A stretch of 64,000 bases of DNA from Callorhinchus milii. Lineage: Eukaryota. The notes under the pieces are model-generated. The model saw only the letters and a program-made list of their open reading frames with translations, was not told where the DNA came from and did no database searches. Numbering within the stretch: position 1 is the stretch's first letter; each line of letters opens with the position of its first letter. Both the position numbers and the translations under genes were made by a program. The DNA lies in assembly GCF_018977255.1 (NCBI RefSeq), contig NW_024704742.1, positions 40,860,001 to 40,924,000 of the forward strand. Reading direction: 5' to 3'. Positions 1-11,230 of this stretch are shown one piece after another.

Positions 1-340
1 TTCTGCAAGTTAAAAACACTGCTACTTCGCAGTGAATCAGGACACAGACCATAATCTGACAAACAGCGTTGGACAGCTTTTTTCAAATGTGAAATAATCA
101 AAGCTGAAAAACAGCTACATACAATGAAAATGATCTTTTACGGGTTTTCAGTTGTCTGTACAAATAAAGACGAAACGTCTGTCTGTCTGCCAAGAACGCA
201 ATAACCAGTTGACATAGAGACATGATTTATCACTCATCAGAAAGGTCGTTCAAGAGGGAGTGTCATGGGCATATTTTTTCAGGGAATCTCCTATTGTTGA
301 TGAACTATGACTTAAACAAGCTCATCACACATGTATGGAC

Positions 341-428
341 TCCCAACCAGGAGTACTCCTCCCAACCAGAAGTCCTCCTCCCAACCAGGAGTCCTCCTCC
401 CAACCAGGAGTCCTCCTCCCAACCAGGA
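341..428 (+). repeat. 19-bp tandem minisatellite (tcccaaccaggagtcctcc) x ~4.6
   Basis: Head-to-tail units seen directly, with no spacers. Confidence 0.95.
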
Positions 429-794
429 CCCAACAAACAATGCATGCTTTCAAAGTATTCTGTGTGAGATGTTTTCTTTAGAAGCTAGCATTATCCTGTT
501 AAACCATACAGTTAACCAACTTCAAACTTCAAGCTTTCTCCGGTCCCAACATACGCTTACTTCAACTTGTGAGGAGCTCATATCTCAGATGGAAGTGCTT
601 CCGCATTCCCACACTGAATGGCAACAAAGTTGCTCAGGACACTACAGTGTTTTACAGAAAAGTACAGGTTCAATCTCCTATGCCACTGAATGTGATAATA
701 ATCTGAACTTCTACGGGGGAAGAACTTGCTTCCTTATAGTACCTATCTCAAAGTACTTTAAAAGGAATAACTGTGATGGCTATTGACTTACTGT

Positions 795-1015
795 AGGTAA
801 ATGTGGCAGCATTTGCACCATTAAGGTACCATAAATTGTCATGAGATTAATGATTAATCAATTTTCAGCTATAGTACAGAAAAAGTCTATTTTCAAATAA
901 TGTCAGACTCATAGATCTGAACAGGCAGGTGGGAGCTGATAAACAGCATTGTGTTCTCAATGTGGAACTTGAATCTATTACCTTCTGCCTAGATGCGAGA
1001 GTGTTGCCAATTGTA
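795..1015 (-). mobile_element. Degraded old tRNA/Deu-type SINE relic
   Basis: Resembles the copies at 3920-4260 and 51940-52240 (ggcagc..tttgcac, ctgaacaggcag, cttgaatc...gagagtg). Confidence 0.45.
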
Positions 1016-1435
1016 CAACAGGATCAGATTTGTCACCAGTTCAATATTTTACCATATCTACAAAAATAGTCAAAAGAAAATCAATGAGTAGGCAGAACTT
1101 CATAACTAACTTTTCTGTTTTATTATTCAATATCCATAATTCAATAAGAATTTTTAATACAATACTCTACCTACCAAAATATTTTGTCTTTTCAGGCTAT
1201 TTGCAATTCCACCATATCAATTATTTAAATAAATACCTACATGAGATAGAACACCACCTTGCATTTATATTGTGTCCTTCACGCAGGAAGGACACTATAC
1301 AAAGTCAAACAGAAGTATTTGGTTGCTAAGACAAGTTAAATATTCCAAATACATTAAATCACGTGAAATTTTTGATTTGTATATGCAAAAGCAATCGTAT
1401 TTACTGCTAAATCTCATACAGATTAACAGACTACA

Positions 1436-1749
1436 TGGAGTCTTGTAGCTCAGTGGGTAGAACACTCGCCTTGCAAGCGAGATACCTGGGTTCAATTCCA
1501 GGCAGAGCGAAACCTTGGGCAAGTTTTCTTACTCCACACGCCTAATAATAATCCCTCCAAAACAAAAAACAATAATAAATTGGTCATTTTCAATCCACGA
1601 CTGTTTGTGGGACACTGTTGTGCGCAATTGGCTGCCCGGGTTTAACCCACAAATATACAGTCAATTCGCTTTACAGTATATTCTGTGAAGTGCTTTGAGA
1701 CGGCGAGAAGACGTGAAAGGCGCTATATCAAATGCAAGGATTATTATTA
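1436..1749 (+). mobile_element. Full-length tRNA(Ala)-derived SINE, short subfamily (chimaera CmiSINE/SINE2_CM-like)
   Basis: Pol III A box tagctcagtgg, B box gttcaattcc, anticodon arm ctcgc-cttgcaa-gcgag, L2-like 3' tail and (att)n end; more than 10 homologous copies in the window. Confidence 0.92.
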
Positions 1750-2234
1750 CGTATGGTGTATGCAAAATGCACCTATTCTTCATTCTTCCAATCATATTCC
1801 CCGCCCTCTCACATTAGCTTATTTAAAAAAATTAAAGTGGGTTAGTTCTGCACAGGAAAATATTTAAAGCAAATGACTTCAATCAGATATTAAAGTATAA
1901 CATTGTCTAACAAAATTGATCTGGAAATGGGGACATTTTCTTTACTTTAAAAGGATAGATTTCCTACTTTTGTTTCAAACTAAACAATTAAATTAGATAC
2001 AGGTCCAAGGCCTACAGTACATAATATCACTAGGGATGTTTGGATTAGCAGAAAGAACAAAATAATTCAATAGCAACAGTTATTTGATACTAATATTGGG
2101 TTTTGAAAGGCTGTCGATTGCAGGAGGAAGGCACGATAAAGATAAGAAGCTCCACTGTTCTGAAATGCTGGGAAGAAATGAGTTGCATTAGGAGACTGAT
2201 GTGTATTACTTAATGGAAAATGTAAAACGAGTTT

Positions 2235-2345
2235 ATCCTTTCATTTTTGGGCCGTGGGTTTAAATCCAGCCCAATATGATAGAAATAATACCTTCCTGCT
2301 CAACAGTATTAAATGGTCTCAATTTGGGCAGTCTCAACCAGATAT
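2235..2345 (+). mobile_element. Possible LF-SINE-like ancient relic
   Basis: cctttca...gggtttaaatccagccca and tttgggcagtctcaaccag resemble LF-SINE blocks as recalled; not searched. Confidence 0.35.
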
Positions 2346-2999
2346 GTACAAACCAATTACCATTAAATGTTTCATAACATGGACACAACGTTTTGAAAAC
2401 ATTGTACAATAAAGTTCTAGCTGTAAAGTTCATCTTACATCAGGATTTCATTCAAATACCAACAAACAGCCAAAACAATCTGTGTTTTCCTAATATTAAA
2501 ACGAGTGAACAAGCTTCACACTAATTAAAGATACTGCAAAACATTAAGAACTTTGCACAAATCAAAATAGGTTGTTGAAAAACATGCTGGTGAAAATAGC
2601 CAAAGCCTAAAAAAAACTGTATCTCAGCATATGGTATGATAAAGTGCAGTTTTCATATTGTAATGGGATTATGGGATTTATTTTATTGGAGTCCCATTTC
2701 TTCCTTTTAGTCATTTTCTCTTAAAAGCAATAACTTACGCTGTTCTAGGTTCATGATTTAAGAGTATCTATTTGACTGGTGACAAGAAATGCATTTACTT
2801 TTGGTCAGCTGGGTGTCTGACGTATGCAGAAACCTTTCACCATGCTTAGGAGTATTCAAAGCAAACAATTCCAGATACAGGGAAATTTCCATGCTAGATA
2901 GCATGCATATGTGAAACTCTCAATGTGGTTTGGATACTCAACCCCAGTGCTGGGTTTCCACATGTGTCAGAATCCGACTAACCTATAAACTAAAATGCT

Positions 3000-3520
3000 G
3001 CTCTAGTCACCGGTCAGCTCTTCATCCACAAAGTTGGAACAGTGACAACATGTTGCTTGAACATGGGATTGATAACTATGACCAGGCTCGACAATGCCAG
3101 CACTCTGCTCGCCGGACTCCATAGCTCTTCCATACACAAGCTGCAGGCTATCCAGAACTCTGCATCCCCTTTCCTGAACCAGGCTGCATGAGCCTCTCTC
3201 TCCCATTCTCTCCCAGCTCCAATGGAACTCGAATCGAGTTCAGGATCTCTGTTCTCACCTTTAAATCCCCCAAGTCCCACCCCACCCAACCTCCTCAAAC
3301 CCTACCAACCCAGACGCTCCCTTCGCCCAGCAGGCACTGGCTCCTTTACGTCACCCTCCCTATGCACCCCACTAGCATTGTGCCTTCAGCCTTTCTGCCC
3401 CCACTGTCTGGAACTCCAGCCCAGAGCCCCTCCAACTTACTCCCTCCCTCACCTCATTAAAGCTCCATCTCAAAACCCACACCTTTGCGACCACACTTTC
3501 AGTTATCTTACCCCTCCTCA
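3000..3520 (+). mobile_element. L2 LINE ORF2 3' fragment, degraded
   Basis: TRL..., KLQAIQNSA, RIEFRI.VLTFKS, LWN, LKTHL motifs homologous to the L2 at 45157-48617. Confidence 0.85.
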
Positions 3521-3919
3521 AAATTAAATAAAGGAAATTCTATTTTATTGACCGACCAAAAAGGTCGTCAACCCTTTTAACTTGAGTTTAATCTCATGTT
3601 TAACTTGAGGGTAATCTACACTTATTACCCTCAAGTTAAACTCCACAAGCAAAGGACATTTATTGTTCAATGATCCTTACATTTTGTGGGATAAAGGGCT
3701 ATAAAGCACTTTACATTATAATCAGTCTCCAGTGCTAGGAATGGTAAGATTGGAATGTCAATTCTCTTAGCAGACCTTAGAAATTCCTTACTTATTTATT
3801 TCTCTTTGCAGTTCCAACCAGATATTTTCCTCAATCTTGGGTGTATCATTAGAGACTATGGACCAAATTTTCATGATTTCCATGTCTCAACTATGTTTAC
3901 ATATTGAATCATCAGATTA

Positions 3920-4260
3920 AAATAATAATACTTGCATTTATCCCCTTATCACATCTCGAAGAATATATTGTGAAGTGGATTGACTGTGTACTTTGTGGGT
4001 AAATGGCGCAGTCAGTTGTGCACAGCAATGTTCTACAAACAGCCATAGAATGAGTAACCATTTTTATTTGGAGGATCATTGGCCAAGACACTGACTTTTC
4101 TTTTCGAAGTGCCATGGGATCCTTAACATCCAGCTGAAAAGGCAGATGGCACCTCGGTTTTATGGCACCTTTGGCAACACACCACCCCCCCGCCCAGCAC
4201 TGAAATGGTGTGTGAGCTTCGACGACTTGATAAGGTGTTATGTCAAGTGCAAGGCTCATT
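3920..4260 (-). mobile_element. Deu-domain SINE (SacSINE1/AmnSINE-type body) with L2-type tail
   Basis: Minus strand reads aaaccgaggtgccatctgcc...gatgttaaggatcccatggcacttcgaaaagaa...gtgtcttggccaa, followed by the tail shared with the young SINE. Confidence 0.7.
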
Positions 4261-4774
4261 ATTATTACCCATCCCTTTAACATGAAACAAAACTCAAAAT
4301 AGTAGGTACATACACACTTCTCATTAGCCATCTCTTCTTAAAGTTACTGGGACTTAATGTTCAGACAGCACCATAATTAAATTCTCTTTCTTGCTTCCAA
4401 CTATCACTGATTTCAAGGTTAAAATAAGGATTATTTCATATCGATTTTGAAAAGCTTACAGTGGACTGTATGCCCTTCTTACTTTTTTTTAAATAAATTT
4501 CCTAAATTTTACTCAACCTGCAAGGAAATGTTCAGGTTTCAGGTACTTACGCAAGACAAATGATTTTCTGCATATAATTTAGGAAATGAGCGAGACTACA
4601 AAGTGGTAACACTGCCAGTCAAATGCCCCCCAAAATGGTTTAAATAAGCTTCACCTAGTTCAGTGCAGAGGTGTTCACAATTAAAAAACACTTAAAAATC
4701 TGTACACAATACCTTAAAAAAAACATTAGTAATGAACAGCAAATGAAATGCAACTGTGGTAAAATATAAACCAC

Positions 4775-4990
4775 AATAACTTGCATTTATATAGCACCGC
4801 TCACGCAGGGTAATGTCTCAGAGCACTTGACAGTGGCAGAGCATGACGCTAAGGTGGGGGAAGATGACCGAAGGCACAGTTGAAGAGGAAGCTAGTCAGG
4901 CGCGACCTGAAGATGAGGAAGGAGGGGGTAAGGTGGACGGATAGAGGAAGAGTGTTCCAGAGTTTCGGGGCGCCGTGGCTGAAAGTGCAC
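4775..4990 (-). mobile_element. L2 3' end (ACCC-loop tail family)
   Basis: Minus strand: ...ctctggaac...cttcctcttcaactgtgccttcgg...gtgctctgagacattaccctgcgtgagcggtgctatataaatgcaagtt. Confidence 0.75.
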
Positions 4991-6199
4991 CAACGAGATA
5001 ATGCTAAACCAACGCTAAACCAATGAGATAATGCTAAATAGATTGAATCACTTTGTTGGTTTTGTATTCTTTATCCCTATTTATAAAACCTCAAGGATTC
5101 TATTTGTGATGGCTTTGTCCACCTGGCTTACCAACTATAAGGATATATGTACATTAACCACCACATCCCTCTGCTCTTCCACTCTTTTTTTAAAAAATGT
5201 TATCATCAACAATGATATACAGTAAGAATTTAATTTTAAATGACAGTGGATCAACAATGGAATATTTCCTTCAAACAATCATTTGTAGTAGCCATAAGAA
5301 AAGTTGGTCTATTTTGCTCCCATTGGTTACACAGTACAAATTACACTTTCATTCTGCCAATATGTTTTAACTGAATATTTACCAGGTAACATAACAATGG
5401 TAACAATAGGTATATATTCTTTAATGCAATGACAATAAACAACATGCACTGCAACACAATTTAACATGGGTAAATGAACTTAGTATTTGCAAAACGAAAC
5501 TCATCTACCACCCTCACATGCACATAGGAAGCATTATTTAATTTATGTAAACACCCATAAGAATTTATCACCAAGCTAAAACATTGATTGAGATGTTTAA
5601 AAATTATTTTGGCTCACTGTTGAAAACAAAATCAGCCTTTAAGAGCCTAATTACTAATCTGTCTAACTCTAAAGCTCCTTGCCTCAATTCCTCCATCTTT
5701 TCCCCCTCCTTACTCATCTTTAGATCACACCTGAAGACCTTCCTCTTCGATCATGCCTATGGTCACCTCCCTTCTCTCTCAAATTCAAACACTGTTAAGC
5801 TCTGCGAAACATTAGCCCATGTGAAGTGATACTTAAATGCAAGGATTATTATTATTATAAGTTGTTGTTGTAGTATGTCCCACTCAGTTGCTTACAATTT
5901 TCTTCAATGTTTGCTACATCCCTATTTCTGTGTCACCTGCAAACTTAGTGTTTGTGTCTCTAATACTATCAATACCATGCCCCCTAATATTTTTTTTTAA
6001 AAAAACAGAACTGCTATGAGGCACTTATTCTATTCCTTATCAAACGCCTTCTTTTAAAAAAAACACAGCATTACCTTTATTCTCTCGATTATTTCGCCAA
6101 AGAACTTGACAGTATTAGATTTGTCAAGCAAGACTTGCCTTTAACAAATCCTGTCAGACACCAAATCCTAAATGACTCTTAGCTTCCTTTAACTTTACA

Positions 6200-6670
6200 T
6201 TGACAAAAGGGAAGTCTCAGCTCCCAAGAATCTAGCTCTGGAGTCCACCTGCCTTCCGATTGCTCTCTCCACCTCCCTGAGCATGTGCATTCTGTTCAAA
6301 TCTCAGCTCTCGTCTACCTCACATCCACTCGCTGACTAAGACCACCTGTCTTCGGCTTTGCCACATTACTAACCTCCATTCCTCTATCACTTCAAACACT
6401 GCTGGAATCCTTATCCATGTCTCCATTACCTCCAGACTTGACACTTCTAAACATTACTCGCTGGCCTCCCCAACTCCTCTTTGCAGGCTCCAGCTAATCC
6501 AACATTCCCCACTCTCATCCTCACTTGCACTAAGCTTCACTTGCTGATCACTCCTGTCCTTGCAAAGTTCCACTGGCTCCCTCCCCATCTCCCAGCAGTT
6601 CGTCACTCTCACCTACACATCCCTACAATTCCCTCACCTCTCCCATCCTCCGTGTCCTTCTTCAGCCTCA
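6200..6670 (+). mobile_element. Degraded L2 ORF2 fragment ending at a SINE
   Basis: LIHVSITSRLD, LQLIQ and LAKFHWLP motifs. Confidence 0.75.
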
Positions 6671-6671
6671 C

Positions 6672-6984
6672 TAATAATAATATTTGCATTTGATATAGCG
6701 CTTTTCACGTCTTCAAGACGTCTCAAAGCACTTCACAGAATATACTGTAAAGTGAATTGACTGTATATTTGTGGGCGAAATTCGGCAGCCAAATTGCACA
6801 CAGCAGTGTCCCACAGACAGTCGTGGATTGAAATGACCAATTTATTATTATGTTTTTTTCTTGAGGGATTATTATTAGGCGTGTGGAGTAAGGAAACTTG
6901 CCCAAGGTTTCGTCCTGTTGGAAATCAATCCCAGGTCTCTCGCTTGAGAGGCGAGTGCTCTAACCACTGAGCTACAGGACTCCA
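6672..6984 (-). mobile_element. Full-length tRNA-derived SINE, short subfamily
   Basis: Reverse complement of the 1436-1749 element. Confidence 0.92.
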
Positions 6985-8121
6985 CCACTGTTAGGTGAAC
7001 CCTTGTGTGTGCAAAATTGTTGTTAGGTTTGCTTCACTACATTTGAAAATAATTATATGAATAATTACTTGGAAAATTTTGACATGGTAAAGCCCTATTA
7101 AATTAAAGCCTTTTTCTGCCTATTCTATCTAAACACCATTCACTAACAAAATAATGTAAAATAATTCACTGACACCAAGGCTCTCCCTCTCAAATGAGAA
7201 AGTACTCAAACATCTCCTTTCAGATTTAGATAGGAAACTCATTAGATAGAGAATAAAGTAGCAATATACAAAAGCAATTTAAAAGCAATATGCGAACCTT
7301 CTGAATGGCTGATCCCTAGCTTTCTTAAAAAAACTAAGTGTCTGAATGGATAAGTTGGGGCTTTTCAGCGTGGCAAAGAGGCATCTCAGATAAGTCTTTA
7401 TACAGATGCTTAAGATGCTAGATGGCAGCAAGAAAATAAACCCAGAACAATGTTTTCAAATAGTCCAAAACAATGTAACAAAAAGGGAGGTTCAGGGTTG
7501 TGAAGGTATATTTCAGGACAAAAAGCAGCAAATAATTTGGTTATATGGTGGACGGTAATCAACAACTGCAATGATTACCAGGAAGGCAGCTCGAAGCCAC
7601 CCAAAATTTGTATAGTGGAGTTTCCTTCATCAAAATGAAAACATATCAAATGACTCACAAATTCAATAAATGGAATACTTGATGTAGTAGTTGTTCAAAA
7701 TAGTATCACAGCTGAACTACTTGGTAGTTTAACTTTTAAGGTTTACATTTGTATGACATATTTGTATTCTGTAAAACTATGTTTAAATATGCAGAAATCA
7801 ATTCAAAGGCCAAGCCTATATGCAACTATTATCTCGTTCACAGATTTAAACTATTTAACTGGAAGATGCAAGAAAAAAAATCTACCTTGTACTTAGGATA
7901 TAGCAAGGTAGTTAGTGGGAGGTTTTGCAGATTTTAATGTGCCACTAGCCAACAAAAGCATATTGATGCATCATCGGACTGTGTCACACTGGTGCAGTAA
8001 TCACCTTTAAATTAGTGACCCAATCATAACCAAGTCTTAAAATAATTTCAACATTAGCACTGAAAAGAGAAAAGCATATGCTGAGGTGCTAATGTAATGC
8101 TGCTAAAACATTTGCGTCCAA

Positions 8122-8406
8122 CTAAGGACCCGAGCTGGGGTCGGGGAGGGTGGAAGCCAGGGGGGAAGGAGGGTGATCGAAGGCACAGTCGAAGAAGAGG
8201 GTCTTGAGATGGGTCTTGAAGGAGGCAAGGGTGGTGGCGAGGTGTAGGGACTGCGAGATGGGGTTCCAGAGGGTGGGAGCAGAGTGTCTGAAGACCCGCC
8301 TGCCAATAAGGAGTGATGGTCCTGGGATCCTAAACTGTAAAGTGTTCTGAGACGCCGTCCGGCGTGGAGGGCGCTGTATAAATCCACGTTGTTGTTGTTG
8401 TTGTTG
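8122..8406. mobile_element. L2 3' end with internal inversion (ORF2 end and 3' UTR on -, terminal tail on +)
   Basis: Minus-strand GRRVFRHSAPTLWN...FKTHLKTLFFDCAF at 8122-8318 abuts the plus-strand tail actgtaaagtgttctgagacgccgtccggcgt...(gtt)n. Confidence 0.8.
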
Positions 8407-10164
8407 ATGCAAGGTATTGTATGTTGGAACTGGAACCAGTAATCCTGTAGATGCTGGAAGGGTGTCCAATATAGCACACATACATGGAATTACTGAGCAT
8501 TCACTGAAACGTTGAATTACAAAGCTAATCAAATATTAGTTTATACCTCGTACCTGTTAAGCTGTTCTGATCCTGCTGAGAACACTGGTGAGCCACGTTC
8601 AAAAGATAGAGATTATTCTGTCCCATGTGCTGATCAATCTCTAGCTCAGTAGGATACCTTTTCAGTTTAAGTCTCTTGTTCTGCACTCAAACTCAAGCTG
8701 GTGGAGTTTTTTTTGGACTCCTCAAGAGGAGTTCAAAAAAATTTTTTTTACGCTTACCTCAGAAAGCTACAGATGCAACGTGGATTGTGGTATTCAAAAC
8801 AGAAAGAGAGAGAGATGGTCCCTAAGTGAATCTATTGAGCGATAAGAAGAAAAGGCAGTTAAATGGAATTAAATGCTGTGGTTGCAATAGATTTAACAGT
8901 GAACTAGGCTCGATGGACAAATGGCCTACTCCAGTTGCTATGTTCCTAAGGGTTATATACTGTACAGATTTCAATAACACAATCAGAGTCTATTGTATTT
9001 GTATCAGAATTACAATAGAATTATGATAAAATATGACAGTGTGGTTATTTCCAGCTGTGTGCTCTTTTATAATGTACTATATTAGAACGCAGAGCAGGTC
9101 AGTGAATTGAAGCATTAACAAAAAGGTTTTATCTTTAACATGCACTTCTATCCAGCAGCAGCTGGGGAAACATTTGAGCAGCAACAATACTCCTATTAGG
9201 AATGATAACAAAGTTTAGCAATGTCGTAGAGGGATGACCTTTGGTGATTCAAATAATAAGAATAATCCTTATATTTGATGTACCTTTCATATCAGGAGGA
9301 ATCTTAAGTGACTTCACAGGTTATACTGTGAAAGTATTGTGACTGCATAATTTTACTGTTAGCAAGAATCCCAATGATCTAAACACGACATTGTGGTTTT
9401 ATACTTTCTGATTTAAAATCTTAGTCAGATTCTGAGAAGCAACGAGAGAAATGTACCTCCTCTAAGATATCTACAGTTCTTTGTGAAGTATGGAACCTCT
9501 TCCATTTTACATAAACGGTTTGGATGTGGTCAAAAAAAAATAACTTCAATACAGTTCTGAACACAATGAGGTGTTCTTGTTCTTGGAGTTACTCCCAGTT
9601 CTGTTATTCTACTGTTATTTGGGTATCAGTAATTGTGATCGGAAAATATGGGTTTCCGCTGCGTGTCAGACATGTGCCTGACCCAAATTCTGGTGACATT
9701 TCACGCAAACACAAAAGACTGGTCCCTCAGATCCACAGCGAGGCGGGAATTGGGGGAAATGGGGTGAGGGGGAGCAGGGCATGGTTATGTGAGAAGAAGG
9801 TTGTGGGTTTACACACACCTGCCCCGCCCGGTCCCCCCATCTTAAAAAGCTTCTGTTTCTGTGGCTGATGGTGCGGATGGATTTGCCGCTCAGATTGGAG
9901 ATGTCCCTGTCCCCCAGAACCCGCGTGATGGCGGCTGTTGAGGAGGTGGATGGAGCCTGGAGGGGAGTGACTGAGGTAGAGGAGGCAGTGTGTACCTGTC
10001 TTCATGGAAGAACTCTCTTTTTTTTTGAAAATGTATATTTATTTGTAAATAAAGTATTTGTTATAACAAACAACTCGAAAAACACGCAAAAATGTAACAA
10101 TCTTTGGTTACATTTTTCCCATGTATCCCAACCCAAAACATTACGTCCTTTACATTACATTGTG

Positions 10165-11205
10165 CGAGGCAGTGTAAGGTGGGGTGGGCGTGTGAGGAGG
10201 GTGGGGGTGGGGGGGGGGCAGTGTTAAGTGGGGGTGGGTGTGTGAGGAGGGGGTGTGAGGGGGGTGGGGAGGTTGGGGGTGCAGTGTGAGGTGTGGGGGT
10301 TCGGGGGGAGGGCAGTGTGAGGGGGAGGTCAGTGTGAGAGGGGAGGCAGTGTGAGGGGGGCAGTGTGAGGGGGGGCAGTGTGAGGGGGGGTGAGGGGGGC
10401 AGTGTGGGGGGGCAGTGTGTGGGGAGGGCAGTGTGTGGGGGGGTGGGGGGGCAGTGTGTGTGGGGGTGGGGGGCAGTGTGGGGGGGCAGTGTGAGGGGGG
10501 CAGTGTGAGGGGGGAGGGCAGTGTGTGGGGGGGGGGCAATGTGAGGGGGGCAGTGTGAGGGGGGTGGGGGGCAGTGTGTGGGGGAGGGCAGTGTGAGGGG
10601 GGGCAAGTGAGGGGGTGGGGGGCAGTGTGTGGGGGAGGGCAGTGTGAGGGGGGGCAGTGTGAGGGGGGGCAGTGTGAGGTGGGGGTGGGTGTGTGAGGAG
10701 GGCGGGGGTGTGGGGGGCAGTGTGAGGGGGGGGCAGTGTGAGGGGGGCAATGTGAGTGGGGGGCAGTGTGGGGGGGGCAGTGTGAGGGGGCAGTGTGAGG
10801 GGGGCAGTGTGAGGGGGTGGGGGGCAGTGTGAGGGGAGGGTGGGGGGGGCAGTGTGAGGGGGGGCAGTGTGAGGGGGGGTGGAGGGGTGTGAGGGGGGGC
10901 AGTGTGAGGGGGGGTGGGGGGCAGTGTGAGGGGGTGGGGGGGCAGTGTGAGGGGGGCAGTGTGAGTGGGGGGTGTGGGGGGGTGGGGGGGGGAGGGGGGG
11001 CAGTGTGAGGGGGGGGGGGCAGTGTGGGAGGGGCAGTGTGAGGGGGCAGTGTGAGGGGGGTGGGGGGGCAGTGTGAGGGGAGGGTGGGGGGGGCAGTGTG
11101 AGGGGGGCAGTGTGAGTGGGGGTGGGGGGGCAGTGTGAGGGGGGGTGGGGGGGCAGTGTGAGGGGAGTGGGGGGGCAGTGTGAGGGGGGACAGTGTGAGG
11201 GGGCT
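10165..11205 (+). repeat. G-rich minisatellite, unit ~ (g)n-cagtgtga
   Basis: Dozens of gggggcagtgtga units with variable G-runs. Confidence 0.95.
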
Positions 11206-11230
11206 NNNNNNNNNNNNNNNNNNNNNNNNN
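11206..11230. other. Assembly gap (25 N)
   Basis: Run of N between the two arrays. Confidence 1.

Noticed and set aside
265..340. PROM1 first coding exon (minus-strand RFPE resembling DFPE)
   Set aside because: In-frame stop just upstream, no signal peptide and no GT donor.
341..428. CRISPR-like array
   Set aside because: Units are head-to-tail without spacers, and the context is eukaryotic.
1436..1510. Functional tRNA-Ala gene (also at the other SINE heads)
   Set aside because: A/B boxes and the anticodon arm are present, but the acceptor stem does not pair and the sequence continues into SINE body.
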